DNA from: Hypanus sabinus
Lineage: Eukaryota
Direction of reading: 5' to 3'
NCBI RefSeq assembly: GCF_030144855.1
Contig: NC_082715.1
Location: 135,160,001 to 135,224,000 of the forward strand
Length of the DNA stretch: 64,000 nucleotides
A program made the translations under genes and the position numbers. Positions 33,300 to 46,900 of this stretch are shown here, piece by piece. The notes under the pieces are model-generated. The model was not told the origin of the DNA, ran no database searches, and worked only from the letters and a program-made list of their open reading frames with translations. Each line of letters begins with the position of its first letter. Within the stretch, counting starts at the first letter, position 1.

Positions 33300-36140
33300 G
33301 TTGGGCTCTTTTGGGAAATCCTGTGGATTTTGTAGAGTGGAGGAATGGAGGTTGGTGGCGCTGACTGTGATTGGTGTGGGGATGTTGGGAAATAGTGCAG
33401 GTTCAGGCGGGGGGATCTGGAAAAGGAACCACAAATGGAGGGTTTGGGTAAGTGCAGGTTGGTGGAAGGAGGTTGGAATAAAGTTGAATCTAGATCTGGA
33501 AAACAGGAAAATAAATATAATGTTGGAATGATTTCAAGTGATGAAGAAGAGGGGCAGGATATTTGCGGGGGGGGGGGTGGAGAGAAGAAAAGAATACTTC
33601 AAAGTATTGTTTAAGCTCGATACGGAACTGCCTTCTATCAATCCCATTAAGTAATCTACAGAGTTAAAATCGGCCATCGGGAATATAGATTGTGTTCGTA
33701 CTTTAAGAGGGGGTAATGTGTTAATCATTTGTAAGGTAAGAAACAGTGTGAGAAGGCATTACTTATGAAGACTTTACTTGGAGAAAGGATAGTATCTCTG
33801 TTGCCCAATGAAAACATAGGTATTGGGGATGTCATAACAGGTGTTCTGGTGGAGATTTTGATACAAGAGGTTAAATCTCATTTATTGGGAGGCAAGGTTA
33901 AGGGTGTAAAGAGATTACAAGTAGTCAAAAATGGGGAAAGGTTGGATGGTTTATCTGTATTGATATGTTTTTGAGGTTAAGTTCCTTGATAAAGTTTGGG
34001 GTATGTTACTTGTAATTTATGAGCTTATATTCCACCTCCACTTAGATATTACAAATATCAGAGGTCTGTACATGTTGCAGCAGTATGTTGTGCAAAACTA
34101 AAATGTAGCAAGTGTGGTGGGGAACATAAGTATGAAGATTGTGAAGGCATAAAGTTTAATTGTAATTGTGGAAGAGAACATGCTGCAGCTTACAGAGGAT
34201 GTGAAGTGCTTAAGAAGGCAGCTGAAGTTCAGTAGGTTTAGGTACAGTTAGCTGTGTCTTGTGCAGAGGCCTTGCAAAGAGTTAAACCAAACGTTGATAA
34301 AGTAATGCTGGTGGAACACAGCAGGCCAGGCAGCATCTATAAGGAGAAGCACTGTTGACGTTTCGGGCCGAGACCCTTCTAAAGTATTACCAGTCAGAGA
34401 ACAGAATGTGAAATTGGAGGCTACATGACTGCATCATAGTTCTCTTCTCTTACTAAAGATACTTTTCTAGTCGATAAAATGAAGTTTGTAATGCTGAAAA
34501 CAGATGTGGTGAATTGTACTGCTCAAAGGTCATCGTACTGAGAAAATTAAAACCATGGTGAAAGCTGCTGAAAAGTATCTGGGTGTGACAGGTGTTATGT
34601 GGGAAGCTGTAAATGAAGCTCTAATGGGTGGGGTATCTGTACTTCAGTCTCCTTGTGAATATACATAATGGACATAAGAATATTGCAAAGGAATGCGAGA
34701 AGCCTAATTTCTAATGGTCATGACTTTAAAAGTTTGTTTCTGATTTATCAAATCCATCTGATGTTGTATGTATTCAAGAAACTTGTTTGTTGCCACATTT
34801 AAGTTTTTCTTTGCAGGATTATATTGTAATTAGGTATGATAGAATAAAGGGTGGTGTTGCAAGTTTTATAAGAAACGGGGTAGGATATAGAGTTGTGGAT
34901 GTGAATGACATATATGAGGCACTGGTAGTAGAAATATTTGATTCAATGGGTAGGGGTATTGAAGTGGTAAATTGTTACAACTCTTGTGGTAAGCTTTCAA
35001 TCAATTTGTTGGAAAGCATATGTAGTTCATCCTCACCAAGGGATGAGGATTTTAATGCACATAGTTCACTGTATTGTTCACAGAATGATTGTAGAAGATT
35101 TTTTGGGTATTTTTGATCTTGTGTGTGTTAATGATGGGAGGGACATGCATTAATACTAGTTATGAAACTGCTATGGATTTAACTTTAGTTTAGAACATTC
35201 TGGCTGGAGTGAATGAGGGATGTCATGGGAGATGAAGCACTGAGTGGTCATTTTCCTGTATTTATAACCTTGGGTTTGGATTTGTATAGGGGACAGGAGG
35301 CCACTTTTAGGAGGTGGAATTGTGATAAAGCAAATTGGGAGAAGTGTAAGATTTTATGTGATGAACATCTTTCAGGGCTGAATGTTGAGGACAGTGTGGA
35401 TTTTTGCAATGAAAGGTTATGTCACATTATTCACCAAACTGTGGTGGAAGTGATCCCTATTAAAAAGGACCTCTAATAGGAGAAAGGCTGTACCATGGTG
35501 GACTGATGAGTGTGCAGAGGCAATTAGAGAGATAAATAAGGCATTTAGTAAAGTTAATAAGGTCACTTGGAGAGTGATACTAGTTAAGAATAAAAGGGCA
35601 CAGGCTGTGGTGAGAAAAGTGGTGAAGGTTGTGAATAAGGTTTACTGGAGGTCATATTGTGATAGTATTGGAAGGGATATTAAACTTGGAGCTGTTTGGG
35701 GAAATTATTAAGAAAATGGGCAGTTGGGATGGATTGATAGAGCTAATAACATTCAAGTATTAAAGATAATGATTGTTACTGAAATTGAGAAGGTTGAGTT
35801 TCTAGCTTGGTCATTTGCTGCAATTCATAATCAAGACCATTTAAGTGAAGAGGCTAATCAATATAGGGATAAAGCTCTAAGTGAAAACCCTGATGTGTTG
35901 GAATCTGGCAGTAGCATTGCTAGTGATGTGGAGTTTTCTTTGTGTGAATTTAAGAAAAAATTTAATGATACGGGCCAGACAGCTCCAGGAAAGGATGATA
36001 CAAGTACATGCTATTGTATGTTTAAACCTGTAACAAAATTTTTGAATCGTATTTGGAGTTTAGGCCATCTTCCCTCCCCGTGGAAAATGGCAGTAGTAGT
36101 GCCTATTCTAAAAGCTGGGAAACCCCTGCTGGATCATTCT
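33300..36140 (+). mobile_element. Degraded Nimb/I-group LINE (ORF1 with zinc knuckles, endonuclease), truncated at the inversion breakpoint
   Basis: YIPPPLR...CSKCGGEH...CNCGREH (ORF1); ILQRNARSL, CIQET, DFNAHS and VPWW motifs; ends at VVPILKAGKP, just before RT. Confidence 0.85.
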
Positions 36141-37199
36141 AGAGATTCATTACTCTCTGAATAAAGAAATTCCTCCTCCTCCTCCTCCTTCTAAAAGGAT
36201 GCCCCTTTATTCTGGCGCTGTGCCCCACTAAAGGAAACATACTCTCCACATCAAATTTTTCTGGGCTTTTCACCATGCAATAGATTTCAAGGAGACTTCC
36301 CGTCATTCTTCTGAATTCCAGTGAGTACAGGCGCTGAGCCACCAAACATTTTTCATATGATAAACCTTTCAATCCTAGAACCATTCTCGTAAATACCCTT
36401 TGTGCAATATTCCAAGTGTGGAATCACTGAGTTCTAGACTCCCAGCTACAGAAAGGATGTTATTAAGTTGGGAAGGATGCAGAAAAGTTTCATACCAGGA
36501 CTGGAGAGATTGAGTTATAAAGGAAAGCTGGATATGCTGCGACTGTGTAAAAGGAGTGGGTTCTGACCAAAAGGAAAAAACAGCTGAAGTCGCTTTAGTT
36601 TGTCAAAAATCAAGCTTTCAAGAATTAGTGAAAACTGCCAATATTTACAAAAAGATAACTACCCTGACAGAATAAATCACTCCATACTATTTGTCCAGTG
36701 TGAACTCATCGCAGCTTAATCTGACAGCGAAGAACCCTGTCAACTATGCACAAACTTAAATTAAGACTACACACGATTTAGACTAAGATGCACACCACAA
36801 TGTAGTTACAATCATATTACAAAATAAACAAAAGTATCTATGTTACATACAGCACCACAAAAAATATACTGTATACATATTTGCACATCTGATCACTAAA
36901 GAGAAAGAATATACCCCCGTGTACGGCGGGGAAGTACCATAAAGCCAAAACCTTATAAGAATGACAGCAGAACTACAGCAATGTTGATGTGTGTGCACAA
37001 AGTGCGTTTACCAAGTGTTCTCCGTCTCTGTAACTGATTGTTTTCCTGAGAACGTAGCACGCTCAGGGTGATCATATATAATATTATTAAGTGTGTAAAT
37101 ATGGCAGTGGTCAGTTTATTTTTCTCTCAGGGTAGGGGATGCCTGTTGATATTTCAGACCGGGACCTGAGTTTCTCCAGCATTTTGTGTTTGTTGCTCC

Positions 37200-37660
37200 C
37201 AACAGCGCAGCCATTCGCTGTTCACCATCAATGACCCAGCGATCAACTGCGCAGGCGTAAACGATGCAAAAAAAAACCTCCCAGAATTGCGCATGCGCAG
37301 GGCTCAACGGACAAACGGCTTGGCGAATCGGCCGCAGGTAGGGGATCCGTCAGTATTGGTGTCGGTACCGCGGCGAAGGGAAAACTCTTGTGAGTTCCGG
37401 TAATATGGTGGCCTCGCAAATTCGGGATAATCTCGGTCCTTTCCCTCTCTGTCAGCCCCACCTCCCTATTCGGACTCCAGTTTGATTTTTGCTTATATGC
37501 AATGGCGGCGGCGCCATTTCTACTGCGCATGCGCATTACCGGAAGCGTGATGGATAGATGGGTATCTTATTTGTGGGGATTTCTGGTGAAAGAGGCCGTC
37601 ATGGCTGACCTTTTACCTCTTTCTGCACCAGTCCGTAGGGTGTGTTTGGAAGTGCAGGTA
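37200..37660 (+). promoter_or_regulatory. CpG-rich promoter / non-coding first exon of ZNF gene 2
   Basis: Perfect NRF1 palindromes TGCGCATGCGCA at 37288-37299 and 37524-37535; YY1-like AATGGCGGCGGCGCCATTT at ~37501-37519; CCGGAAG at ~37539; donor GTGAGT at 37390-37395. Confidence 0.72.
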
Positions 37661-37847
37661 GGGGGAATATGAGTGGATGGGTCTCCCAAACACTGCCGAC
37701 CTCCAGCTACTGAATTCCAAGGATTAGTGACTTGGAACAAAAATATCGTTCCGATTTAATCTCCAGTGAGGAATCTAATCTTCCAGTCGCTGAAAATGCC
37801 AGTTAGTGCTGTACGGAGAAATAGAACAAAATCCTTCAATCAGCTTT

Positions 37848-39435
37848 AGAACATAGAAGTGTACTGCACAGGATCAGGCCATTCTGCCCACATTATCGTG
37901 CAGAACCTGCTAGAAAGCAAATCAAAGTCACCTAAATCCCTCCTACATACACCATGTCCATATCCCTCCATCCTCCTTGTATCTATGTGTGCATCGAAAA
38001 CTTCTCTTAAAAGCCTCTAATGTATTTGTCTCTACCACCGTACTAGGTAGTGCATTCCAGGATTCATGACTCTGAGTTAAAAACTTACCCCTCCCACCCC
38101 CCTCCTTAACCTATTCACTCTCACGGTCAATGCATGCCCTCTGGTATTTGTTATTTCAACCCTGGGAAACACATAGCCACTGGCCGGTCTATCTATGCCA
38201 CTCATAATCTTATAAACATGTATCAAATATCCCCTCAGCCTCCAACGCTTCAGAAAAACCAACCCAAGTTTATTCAGCCTCTTGTGATAGCACATGCTTT
38301 CTGAAGAAGGCAGTGTCCTGTTGAACTACTTCTCCACCCTCTCCAAGCCTCAACATCCTTCCTAAAGTTGACTGACCAGAACTGTACCCCAGATATGGCC
38401 AAATCAAAGTTTTATAAATTTGCAACACAACATCCTGACTTTGGAACTCAATCCCTCAACTAATAAAAGCAAACATTCCATAAGCCTTCTTAACCACCTT
38501 GTCATCCTGTGAAGACACTTTCAACGAGCTATGAACTTGGATCCCAAGATCTCTCTGCCCAGCAACACTATTAAGGGTCTTGTCCTTAATAGTGTACCTT
38601 ATCCTTATATTTGCCTGTCGAGGTGAAACGCCTCACATTTATCCGGGTCAAACTCCATCTGCCATCTCGCAGCCCATATCTGCGACTGATCTATATTGTG
38701 CTGTGCTCTTTGCCAGTCTTCTACACTATCCACAACTCCATTAATCTTTGTGTCATCTGCAAATTTACTAACCCACTCATCTATATTTTCATCCAGGTCA
38801 TTTATATACATTACAAACAGCAAAGATCCCAGCACTGATCCCTGTGGAACACCAATAATTACAGACCACCAGCTCGAATAGGTCACTTCAACCTATTCCC
38901 TCTGTCTTCTATGTGCAAACCTGTTCTGAATCTAAACAGCCATTTTGTGGAGATCCCATGCATTTTAATCTTAAGGATTAGCCTCCCATGAGGGACTTTG
39001 TCAGGCCTTACTGAAATCCATGTAGACAACATCTACTGCCCTGCTACCCTCAGTAATCTCTCTCATCACCTTATCAAAAAAACTCAATCAAGCTGGTAAG
39101 CCATGGCTTGCCCTGCACAAAGCCATTCTGACTCTCCCTAATTAGGCTGTGGGTTTCCAAATGCTTATGTATCTTAACCTTAAGAATTTTCTACAGCATT
39201 TTCCCTACAACTGACGTGAGACTCACTGGTCTATAGTTCCCAGGATTTTCCCTTTTTCTCTTCTTAAGCACAGGTACAACATTATCCACTCTCCAGTCTC
39301 CAGGACTCATTTGTTGCTAGAGAGTACACAAAAAAACTGGTCATAGGTAACCTGGGGTAAGTCCCATCAAGGCTTAATCCACTTTAATACCCCTTAGGAG
39401 GCCCAAAACTTCCTTTTCATTGACCTCTAAAACTC
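37848..39435 (-). mobile_element. Degraded CR1 LINE in intron of ZNF gene 2 (paralog of 22455-24180)
   Basis: ORF 38605-38886 GVPQGSVLGSLLFVMYINDLD...KFADDTK...KCE. Confidence 0.9.
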
Positions 39436-40149
39436 TGAACACAGGTTGAAGATGGGCAGAAATGGCCCATTCTGATACAGACAAAAAAACAATGAGAGAA
39501 TTTGATGGTCAGTCCAGATGACCGATCTCTGCCCAGTTGGAAGAGGAAGTGTAAATTCAACGTGGGTTGAATTTTGCTGTTACAGTGTGATGTCAGAGCT
39601 CACCATAGAGACTAAAATGATCATATCAAAAATGCTGTCCTTCACACATTTATGTATTGTAAATCTTACAGGGTAGGAAATGGCGAAGAATTTGTGAACG
39701 GGAATCTTAAACTCAAGCACCTCAGGTTTGCTGTCTCTGCAGATTTTAAAGAGTGACCAGATATTTCCTCTGTTACACCAATATATTTATTGTGATCCTT
39801 GGAGATGAAGAATTATCTCATTCCAGCTGAGAATGTGCTTTGTGACTGAGATGAAGTTTTCTGTTGTGACTCAGTCAAATCTAGAACTGTCGTGCTGAGA
39901 ACACTAGGTCTTCAACTGCATGGATTGTACAAGGGAGTCACTACGTCATGCATCAGACTTAATGAATTGCCAGAGAATTGACAGTAGGGAGATATCATTC
40001 AAGTACTGTCATGTGGAAGGAATTCACTCAGTTATCTGACCAACTGGCTTGCTGTTAACCTTGGGGAGCTGCTGTTCACCTGAGAATGTGGGAAGGAATC
40101 TATTCAGCCGTATGACCTAATGACGCACTAATCAGTTCACACTGGGGAG

Positions 40150-41166
40150 ATGCCGTTTACTTGCTCAGACTGTGGGAAGGGATTTCCACGGTCATGTCAA
40201 CTGAAGCTACATCAACGAGTTCACACTAGTAAGAAACAATTCACTTGCTCAAACTGTGGGAAAGAATTCAATTCATCATCTCAGCTGAAGGTACATGAGC
40301 GAGTTCATACTGGGGAGAGGCCATTTACCTGCTCAGACTGTGGGAAGCGATTCACTCGTCCATCTTACCTGCGGAAACATCGGTCAGTTCACACTCTGGA
40401 GAAACCATTTACCTGTTCAGACTGTGGGAAGGGATTCACTCAGTCATCTGACCTTCTGAGACATCAGTCAGTTCACACTGGGGAGTGGTTGTTAACCTGC
40501 TCAAGTTGTGGGAAAGGATTCAGTTCGTTATCTGCCCTTCACAGACACCAGTCAGTTCACACTGGGAAGGGGTTGTTCACTTGCTCAGATTGTGGGAAAG
40601 GATTCAATCGGTTATCTGAACTTAAAATACATCAGCGAATTCACAGTGGGGAGAGGCCATTCACCTGCTCAGACTGTGGGAAGCGATTTACTTGGTCATC
40701 TCACCTGTACAGACATCAACGACTTCACTCTGGAGAGAGGCCATTCACCTGCTCCGTGTGTGGGAAAGGGTTTGCTCGGACATCCCACCTAAGGAGACAC
40801 GAATCAACTCACAGTGTGAAGAAACCATTCACCTGCTCAGACTGTGGAAAGGGATTTTCTCAGTCATCAGACCTACTGACACACCAGTCAGTTCACACGG
40901 GAGAGTGGTTGTTCACCTGCTCAGATTGTGGAAAAGGATGCATCTCGTCATCTCAACTGAAAGCACATCAGCGAGTTCACACTGGGGAGAAGCCTTTCAC
41001 CTGCTCAGACTGTGGTAAGCGATTCACTCAGTCATCCAGCCTGCAGACACACTTGAGAGTTCACACTGGTGAGAGGCCATTCTCCTGCTCTGAATGTAAA
41101 AAGCGATTCAGTCGGTTATCTGAACTTACGACACACTACCAAGTTCACAGTGAGGACAAATTTTAA
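40150..41166 (+). CDS. C2H2 zinc-finger protein, 12 tandem fingers (338 aa), no effector domain seen
   Basis: Intact ORF; acceptor TCTTACAG at 39664-39671; AATAAA at ~41385; paralog of 19154-20590. Confidence 0.93.
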   Translation: MPFTCSDCGKGFPRSCQLKLHQRVHTSKKQFTCSNCGKEFNSSSQLKVHERVHTGERPFTCSDCGKRFTRPSYLRKHRSVHTLEKPFTCSDCGKGFTQSSDLLRHQSVHTGEWLLTCSSCGKGFSSLSALHRHQSVHTGKGLFTCSDCGKGFNRLSELKIHQRIHSGERPFTCSDCGKRFTWSSHLYRHQRLHSGERPFTCSVCGKGFARTSHLRRHESTHSVKKPFTCSDCGKGFSQSSDLLTHQSVHTGEWLFTCSDCGKGCISSSQLKAHQRVHTGEKPFTCSDCGKRFTQSSSLQTHLRVHTGERPFSCSECKKRFSRLSELTTHYQVHSEDKF

Positions 41167-42248
41167 ATATGTCTCATTCTGGATATTTAACCATCAAAGT
41201 TGCTGAATTCAGAGGCAAAATCTTAAGACACAGATATATTCAAAAGAGATTGTTGGTGTTGAACAGTAATTATTGCTGCTGCTTATCACACCCAGTCCGC
41301 CCTGGCCACTGGACACGAGAGGATTTTCTTCTGCTGCTGCTCACCTTTAATGGGACTGCAAATTAATATTCTGGATCTGTGATTAATAAATCAGTTGTAT
41401 TTTAAACTTTACCTTGGGTACATGCTGAATTTACAACTCACCCCATGTACAGTAGGGAGTCAACTCAGTTCAGCTAGACCCTTCAAGTGTTTCTGTTCCA
41501 TGATAATCCTTTTAAATCCATCCTGCTGTTCTCCTCTTACTCTCCCTTTGGCGATGGGTTCCAGACAGTTTACACTGTGGGTGAAGAAATGTCCCTTGAA
41601 TTTCCTGTATGACTTTCTACAGACTGAGGAAGAAGACAGTTATGTTTCTCTCTCAGATCTCTTGCCTGAGGGAGAATATCCCTGTTGGCCAGAAGGGACT
41701 ACTGTCTACAAATCATTGGATTTGAATGAATGGAGTTCAGTGGAAGTAGACAAAAAGAACAACAGTCTACAAATCAGTGGATTCAGATGAATCAGGACAG
41801 AAGTAGCAGACAATCCAAATATCTTTGTTTCCCTCCCATTTTGTGAACTCTGATCTGATACTTGCTTGGGGATAATCTAATCAGAGCAATTGAATCTGGA
41901 CATAAGGAGGTTCAAGTGATGACCTGCTGAATCTGAGATCATTCTCAGACAAGTAGCTGTTTATTATGTAAAGTTCCAGTCCTACCAAAGAAGCAATCTG
42001 TAATCACGTGTCTGAGTTAGCTCGTTTAACTGGTTTGGACCAGTCAGAGTTGAAAGGTGCAAATACACAAAGATGGGGGGCAGAAACCATGGAACAATAC
42101 TGGTTGTAGCCCTGGACTAGGGCCAGTAAGAAGGTGATCAAAGTCGGTCAGGTGACCTTGAGCGAATGGAATGGAAATCCATCCGTTCAACTGATGAAGG
42201 AAGCTAAGAGTCTGGAGCTCCGAATGCATAATGGTGATAACTCTCCAG

Positions 42249-43030
42249 TGTGATGTGTCCATAGTTCTGTGTATTGGTAGTCCATAGTTTTGTTCTACTG
42301 GGAATCCACAGTTTCGTTTATGTGAGCGTCACTTTATGACATATGATGTTGGTGTAAAATGTCATGCGGACGGATTGCTGGAGTCTTTCATTTCGAAGGA
42401 AAGAGCGAGAGAATTAAGACTGTGGAATGCTAGCTATCAGGGGACTGCTCGCTACCAAAAAGGATAAAGTCTGATACTTACCCATGCCCAAAGGATTGGG
42501 TTAATCAGAGGCACACTATGCATTTTGGAGACGTGATTCATATGTGGAATTTTTGGAAAATTTTGTGGCAACCACTTTTGTTAACCCTTACTTGGTTCTG
42601 GGTATGTTTTGAGGTAGCCACTCATGCTAAGAGATAGTCCGTGACTGTCACTTTGTGATAATTCTACGTGGATTTTGGAATGTCCCGATGGATAAGGTCT
42701 TCGGCGATTGGTACTTTGTTTACCCAGCATGGACCGTTTTGAAGACTTCGAGATCGCCTCTTCGTTGCATTCTGAATTCACACGTTTCTCCTCTCACTGA
42801 CCTTGTGGATTACTGGAACTTGCTAAATTGCCATTCTCAGACTGTGCTTGAGTAAGATTTGTTACGAACTGTACATAATCTTGACCGTGTGGGAGCTGTA
42901 GAGGCATAACACTTCTGTTTAAGACAGTAGTTTGTTTAATTTTCTATATTTTTGAGTAATGTGAATAAATATAGTTTTTTAACATTAAAACCAGACTCAA
43001 TTTGTGACCTATTGCTGCTGTTACGTAACA
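42249..43030 (+). mobile_element. Solo LTR (782 bp) inserted in the ERV copy 2 LTR
   Basis: TG...CA ends; 4-bp TSD CCAG at 42245-42248 and 43031-43034; empty site at ~18068-18071; AATAAA at ~42964. Confidence 0.9.
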
Positions 43031-43359
43031 CCAGCAACCAGAGTCCAACCATCACGGATGAGGAGGACCCCACAGACACGTGGAGATCGGGACCACAAAG
43101 AACACCTGTCCAGCGTAGACTCCTTTACTGGGTAATAACCTTTTCTCTTCATCGACTGTTCATGGAGGGTCAGGGAATTCCAGTGGATATGCACACAGCT
43201 TGTTTGAGAACCCATGTGTTCTTTAGTTGAGACAATAAAGGTTACTTGTTGGTAAATACAGATTCTGTCTGCCTCTCTGATCATGTAATAATGGTCATTA
43301 TTACAAGATCCTTATAACAAAATTCGCATCCCTGTTGGCGGCTCAAGGATAAATCTTTC

Positions 43360-43976
43360 AAAAATGTTTCATATTTATCTCTTAAATTATAAGTAATTTT
43401 TTCTAATGGAATACAACCATAGATTTCTTTCTTCCAAGAATCTATACTTAAATGTGTATCCGATTTCCAAGTAACTGCAATAGCTTTTTTGGCTACTGCC
43501 AGTGCAATTTTTATAAATTCTTTCTGATACTTATTTAGTTTGAGTTTCGGTTTTATCCCTTCAATATCACCTAGTAAAAATAATATTGGATTATGAGGAA
43601 ATTGTGTTCCTGTAATTTGTTCCAGTAAAAGTCTTAAATTTGTCCAAAAAGGTTGAATTTTAGAGCAAGACCATGTCGAATGTCTTGTTGAAAATTTGGA
43701 GCCCTTATTTACAAAAGACAGGATTAAATATATAGATGCTCTGAAGATGGAACAATTGGTTATTAGGGGAAAGAAATAAATATACATATTAAAGTTATTA
43801 TGAATTCCACGGAGCATGTGGAGATCTTCCAACAACCAGGCATTCTTTCTTTCTTTCTTTTTTTTCTATAGGGTAGTTAGGGGGGAGGGGTTAAGGGGAG
43901 GGGATATGGGTTATATACATTGTTTTTTCATACTTTGTAATCATTTAAAAATGCAATAAAAAAAGTTTAAAAAAAA
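43360..43976 (+). mobile_element. 5'-truncated, 5'-inverted (twin-primed) L1 insertion
   Basis: 15-bp TSD AAGGATAAATCTTTC at 43345-43359 and 43977-43991; poly(A) tail. 43360-~43682 is minus-strand ORF2 ending ...DKYETF; ~43687-43976 is the plus-strand continuation LKIWSPYLQK plus 3'UTR. Confidence 0.92.
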
Positions 43977-46900
43977 AAGGATAAATCTTTCTTTTCGTTC
44001 AAGTCTGGCCATGGAGATAGGATAGTCAGCAGTTACTAACCCGGAGGAAGAATTCAGGAAAATCTGCAAGTTAGAAGGACTTGGATTGTTTTGATTGGAA
44101 GGGATTCCTCTAGAAATTTGTGTTGAGGAACTGGCCACAATATGAAGGGATGGTTAGTCACCCTGGCTGCGAAGGGAAAACTGCTAGGGATATACTTTTG
44201 AAAATTGCCCAAGAGAAGCTGTTGGGCAGGAAGTTTAAACAGGTACTAAAACCAGACACGGCTGTTTAATTGAGGATTTGATACAATTACCACAGAATGC
44301 TAAGGCAGAATGGCACTGATTAGAAATGGAAAAGCAGAAGCCAAGTGAGACAGGTTACAACAAGAAATATTAGAAAATCGGCATAAAGCAGAAGCTGACT
44401 GAGATAGGTTGAAAGGAGAACACAAAAGGAGGTAGAAAGCTTGAGAGAAAAGGTTACTGATTTACAGATTCGAAGGAGTATGGGCTTGATGCATGTGAAC
44501 CAGTTTCAGAGAAAGCAGCCAAGATAGCAAAAAGTGAAGTGGAAGGATTAAGGAAACAGTGCAGTGATTTAAAGATGGCAATGCATATGATTCAGGAATC
44601 AGCACAGGAAAGGAAGAATAACACTGGCAATCATGCAAAGTGTTTAAAGCAGATGCAAAAGCTGCAGGACCAACTTGCTGCACAGCGAGGAATAATATAT
44701 GCTTTTGCATCTGAAAGAGGGGAGGAAGGTGAATGTGGATATATTGATTGGTATGATATCACAGATGAAGCTATTAGATGACGGTTTTGATAATTACAAA
44801 TGTTTTAATTTTGCCGAGGAACTCCCACCAACACCCTACCAATGGGAGCACTTTACATCGGTGAGATTGGGAGTCAGAAGGAACAACAGATTATGGATTT
44901 AACCAAAGACTAGAAGAAAGATAAACAATTCAAACATTAATAGGAGCAGGGTCTAAAATATACAAAGACAACAAGGGAGTGTTTGTTAAAGTTGAAGTAG
45001 TCCTATATCATCTATGGGGTCCCGGGGTGCAAAAGCACTCTGGAAAAGATAAAGGAAGTGTGCTGGTAGCTTAACATGAAGGATGACGTAGAGCACCATG
45101 TCAAGATATGTTTGATCTGTGCACTATATATTTCTGACAGAAATGTAAAGAAAGGAGCCCTACAACACACCAGCCCAGTGGAAGGGTCTTGGATTAATTT
45201 CCAGATAGATTATGTTGGTCCCTTACTGTCCACCCCAGGAGGATACAAATATATTTTGGTAATAAAAGAGACCTTTATGAAGTGGGTGGATGTTTTTCCA
45301 GTTAAGACAAGCACAGCAAAGGCTTTGTAAAAATCTTATTGGAAGGATATTCACTCGATGGGGATCAAGGCATCATTTCATAGTCCAGATAATGCAAGAT
45401 GTCATGGCAGTTTAAGGGATCAAGCAGAGATTTCATATACCTTGTAGACCACAGTCTAGTGGAATTGTGGAAAGAATGAATTGAACACTAAAAAACATGA
45501 TTGCAAAAATGGTGCAGAAACATAGCAGGTAGTTTTGCCTTATGCCCTGATGATACTAAGGAAAAGAGAGGCATCTTCAACAGGTACACCCCTTATAAAC
45601 TCATGACTAGAAGGGATATGAAAGGATTGGAGGATTTGTTAGGATTAGATGTCAGAATGTGAAATTGATGGGATTGTGTCGGAAAAGTGGCTACAACGAT
45701 TGGTAGAGACAGTGAAAGAGGCCAATTATGTGGCAGCCCACCAAATAGGAAAAAAAGAAGCAACAAAGTGAAGCCTACTGTGACTCAAAAGTAGTCTCAT
45801 AGAATTAAGCCCAGGACAAAGAGTGATGATTCAAAGACACCAACCCACCTCGTTTTTAAATCCAAGGTTTGCAGGGCTCTATGAAGTTATAGACAAAGCA
45901 AGTCCTTCAGTGTATAAAGTACTGACTCTTCCATATAAAAGTGGGTGGTACCATGTCAACCAACTGAAATTGCTGGGGGAGAAACAGGAATGTTATCACC
46001 ATTGACACAGAACAATTGATGTAGCCCTGATTGGGGAGACTTGAGGATGGAACAACTTTTCCAAAGAGATGGGGACAGGTCCCAGCAATGGGTGACTTTC
46101 CATTCCCTCATCCTGAGAACTGGGGGATTTTTGTCCAAAAAAAAAGGAAAGGTAAAATGTGCTAGTACTTGTCTCTGTGATCCTGAAATTAAGTTAGGTG
46201 AAGAAAAAATGGTGCCTTGAGTCCAAAGACAATTTGGAGTCCAGATTGGACGGTCTAGAAAAACAAATTGAAAATATAGACTTAAAATAACTTAAGATTT
46301 AAATTTGAAATAAGAAGAGAAATTACTGTTGTGTGTTACCGGTTTAATTCAATGTGGAGAGAATAATGTATCTTGTTGCAATGGAATTAACCCTGACTGG
46401 GGCCATGGTCAGTCTTGCTTCAGAGCTATTACACAAACATATCAATGGTGAGGTCATTGCTTGGAGAACACTCAGTGAACAAAAACAAATCTACTCAATG
46501 GAATCGGGTAATGGGACTAACAAAGGAGAAATGGAGGACTCAAATTTGTATTGTACTGGGGTAGATGGCTTGACAAAACCTTAGGTATTCCAGAGGTACA
46601 AAGCTACAATTCCTATGCAATAAAATTCTAGAGGTGGCATTATTCAATATCCTAGAGGGGATAATCATAAGTCAGTCTTTAGGTCTGATTATTGAGCAGT
46701 CTTCAGGTAATGATAGCCATGGTAAGATTACAGTTCTGTGGGATCACATTCAAGTGATTATTGAGTGGAGTAGCAATCTATACAAGAGGTATGTTGACTG
46801 GGCTGGCCCTTCAAGTCTTTCTGAAAGGTTACTTCTATCATTAGAAACCATCCACAGAAGAATATAATACACTTGGAGAGTAGAATGGAGAAGGCTCTAA

